Below are positions 61,911 to 64,000 of a stretch of 64,000 nt of DNA, piece by piece. The notes under the pieces were generated by a model. That model made no database searches, was not told the DNA's origin, and worked only from the letters and a program-made list of their open reading frames with translations. This DNA comes from an uncultured Spirochaetota bacterium (GTDB taxonomy: Bacteria > Spirochaetota > Spirochaetia > SZUA-6 > Fen-1364), in NCBI GenBank assembly GCA_963820525.1, contig CAWGAA010000001.1, forward strand, positions 2,656,001-2,720,000. The letters run 5' to 3'. Made by a program: the position numbers and the translations under genes. Position 1 is the stretch's first letter. Each line of letters opens with the position of its first letter.

Positions 61911-63563
61911 ATGGAGTACATCACCGACACGCTCGGCTCCGTTCTCGAGCGGCAGGCCGCCCTTCATCCACAGAAGGACTTCATCGCTTTTCCCGACAGG
62001 AACCTGCGCTTCAGCTACTCCCAGTTCGACGAGCGCGTGAACAACCTGGCCAAGGGGCTGCTCGCCATCGGCCTCGCCAAGGGGGACCATCTGGGGATCT
62101 GGGCCACGAATGTCCCGGACTGGCTCACCTTCCTCTTCGCCACGGCGAAGATCGGGGTCATCACCGTCACGGTGAACACATCCTACCGGGTGCACGAGCT
62201 TGAGTACATCGTGAAGCAGTCCGACATCAAGGCCATCTGCCTGATAGACCGTTTCAAGGACAGCGACTACGTGGCCATGGCGAACGAGCTGGTTCCCGAG
62301 CTCAAGACCTGCAAGCGCGGGCACCTCCAGAGCGCGCGCTTCCCCCGGCTCAAGAGCGTGATCTTCATCGGCCCGGAAAAGCATCGGGGAATGTACAATA
62401 CCCAGGAGCTGCTCCTGCTGGGCGTCCACGCCTCGGACGGCGAGCTTCGAAGGATCGAGGCGAGCCTCGAGTGTCACGAGGTCATCAACATGCAGTACAC
62501 CTCGGGCACGACGGGTTTTCCCAAGGGCGTGATGCTCACCCACCACAACATCCTCAACAACGGATTCCACATCGGGGAGCGTCAGAAGTTCACGGACGAG
62601 GAGCGCGTCTGCCTGCCGGTGCCCCTGTTCCACTGCTTCGGGCTGGTGCTGGGCATCATGGCCATCATCACCCACGGGGCAACCGCCGTGGTGATCGAGG
62701 CCTTCGACCCGCTGCTCGTCCTGGCATCCGTGCAGAAGGAGAAGTGCACGGCCCTCTACGGCGTTCCAACGATGTTCATCGCGGAGCTCAACCATCCCAT
62801 GTTCTCGATGTTCGACCTTGCGAGCCTGCGCACCGGGATCATGGCGGGATCTCCCTGCCCCATCGAGATCATGAAGCGGGTCATCTCCGACATGCACGCC
62901 AAGGAGGTCACGATCGCGTACGGCCTCACCGAAGGGAGTCTCGTCATGACTCAGACGTCGACGGATGACCCCATCGAGCTCCGCGTCTCGACGGTGGGCC
63001 AGCACCTGCCGGGAATAGAAGTCCGGATCGTGAATCCCGAGACAAACCGGGAAGTGCCGCCGGAGACTCAGGGGGAAGTGGTCTGCAGGGGCTGCAACGT
63101 GATGAAGGGCTACTACAAGATGCCCGAGGCCACGGAGGCCGCCGTTGACAAGGATGGCTGGCTGCACTCGGGAGACCTGGGAACCATGGACGAAAACGGC
63201 TACTTCAAGATCACGGGAAGGATCAAGGACATGATTATCCGCGGGGGAGAGAACGTGTACCCCCGGGAGATCGAGGAGTTCCTCCTTGCCATGCCGGGGA
63301 TCAAGGATGTGCAGGTGGCCGGGATCGCGAGCCCCAAGTACGGCGAGGAGGTGGGAGCGTTCGTGGTCCGAAAGGACGGGGAAAAGGTGTGCGAGGAGGA
63401 CGTGAGGGATTTCTGCCGAGGAAAGATCTCCCGCTTCAAGGTCCCCAAGTATGTATTCTTCATCGACTCCTATCCCATGACGGCCAGCGGCAAGATCCAG
63501 AAGTTCAAGCTGCGGGAGATGGGCGTGGCGCTCCTGAAGGAGCGCGGGATTGAAATCGTGTGA
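61911..63563 (+). CDS. AMP-binding acyl-CoA synthetase
   Basis: [51 protein letters not shown]. Confidence 0.94.
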   Translation: MEYITDTLGSVLERQAALHPQKDFIAFPDRNLRFSYSQFDERVNNLAKGLLAIGLAKGDHLGIWATNVPDWLTFLFATAKIGVITVTVNTSYRVHELEYIVKQSDIKAICLIDRFKDSDYVAMANELVPELKTCKRGHLQSARFPRLKSVIFIGPEKHRGMYNTQELLLLGVHASDGELRRIEASLECHEVINMQYTSGTTGFPKGVMLTHHNILNNGFHIGERQKFTDEERVCLPVPLFHCFGLVLGIMAIITHGATAVVIEAFDPLLVLASVQKEKCTALYGVPTMFIAELNHPMFSMFDLASLRTGIMAGSPCPIEIMKRVISDMHAKEVTIAYGLTEGSLVMTQTSTDDPIELRVSTVGQHLPGIEVRIVNPETNREVPPETQGEVVCRGCNVMKGYYKMPEATEAAVDKDGWLHSGDLGTMDENGYFKITGRIKDMIIRGGENVYPREIEEFLLAMPGIKDVQVAGIASPKYGEEVGAFVVRKDGEKVCEEDVRDFCRGKISRFKVPKYVFFIDSYPMTASGKIQKFKLREMGVALLKERGIEIV

Positions 63564-63618
63564 GAGCCGGATTCCGCGCGACGGGCGGAGCCGCGCGCGC
63601 CCGGGCGGTGTCCAGACG

Positions 63619-64000
63619 CTAGTACGCTATCGCCTGGTTGAACAAGCTCGGCAGGATCGAGAGGTCCAGAGAAACCTTCGGGATGTAGCTTCCCGCGGCC
63701 CCCGGCGCCTCCGAAATGGCGTTCAGATCGAAGGCGGCCCGGATGGCGAACCCGATCGAGGCATCTCCGAGGGTGCGCAGCATCGGCAGGAGCTCGATTC
63801 CCGCCGACTGCTGGAGGCGTCCCGTGAAGGCGGCCGGGTCATTGAACGCCGTGCCCACCTCGTAGACGAGCGCGAGATTCAGGCTCTGGAGCACGAAGGT
63901 GTTCGCCACCTGGAGCTCGACGCTGTTGATAAGCGGGACGCCGAGGAAAGCGAGGGCCGATGCGTCATAGAAGTACGGCCCGCTTCCCGTGGAGTCGATG
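63619..64000 (-). CDS. C-terminal part of a probable outer-membrane beta-barrel protein (5' end outside window)
   Basis: Frame open to the window edge; amphipathic strands LVYEVGTAF, QSAGIEL, GFAIRAAFDL. Confidence 0.5.
   Translation of the reverse strand, partial: IDSTGSGPYFYDASALAFLGVPLINSVELQVANTFVLQSLNLALVYEVGTAFNDPAAFTGRLQQSAGIELLPMLRTLGDASIGFAIRAAFDLNAISEAPGAAGSYIPKVSLDLSILPSLFNQAIAY

Overview
A GC-rich bacterial chromosomal segment, most consistent with a Spirochaetia member (inferred from gene order and protein types). 1-16.7 kb is core genome: uvrC (partial), then a long minus-strand run pyrG-lptC-lptA-lptB / rpoN-hpf-hprK-ptsH-DUF4390-NtrY-like kinase-NtrX-like activator-lexA-holA, then cheR-cheB, a YmdB-like protein with altered metal ligands, and tRNA-Leu(CAG). 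From the tRNA 3' end to about 37 kb is a mosaic plasticity zone with no visible integrase. It holds unassignable ORFs, several decayed genes, a heterodimeric ABC exporter whose first gene appears to start at ACG, nfi, amtB-glnK under a near-consensus sigma-54 promoter, and TetR plus a stand-alone FliG C-terminal domain. 37-64 kb holds a GNAT, a 7TM-PAS hybrid kinase, an amidohydrolase, marC, a double-length UvrA, a NagD-like HAD, an aldo/keto reductase, an ABC exporter, an MCP-V4R-V4R-DUF523/DUF1722 operon divergent from a rubrerythrin-VIT1 fusion, and XRE-cupin plus acyl-CoA synthetase. Best leads: (i) the sensor-less chemoreceptor operon with two V4R proteins, (ii) a possible CTP-sensing start-site switch on a near-leaderless pyrG, (iii) a REP-like palindrome family, one array of which lies in frame inside uvrA, (iv) the stand-alone FliG_C. 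No CRISPR array, rRNA, transposase or integrase was seen. All family assignments are by eye and memory, not by database search.
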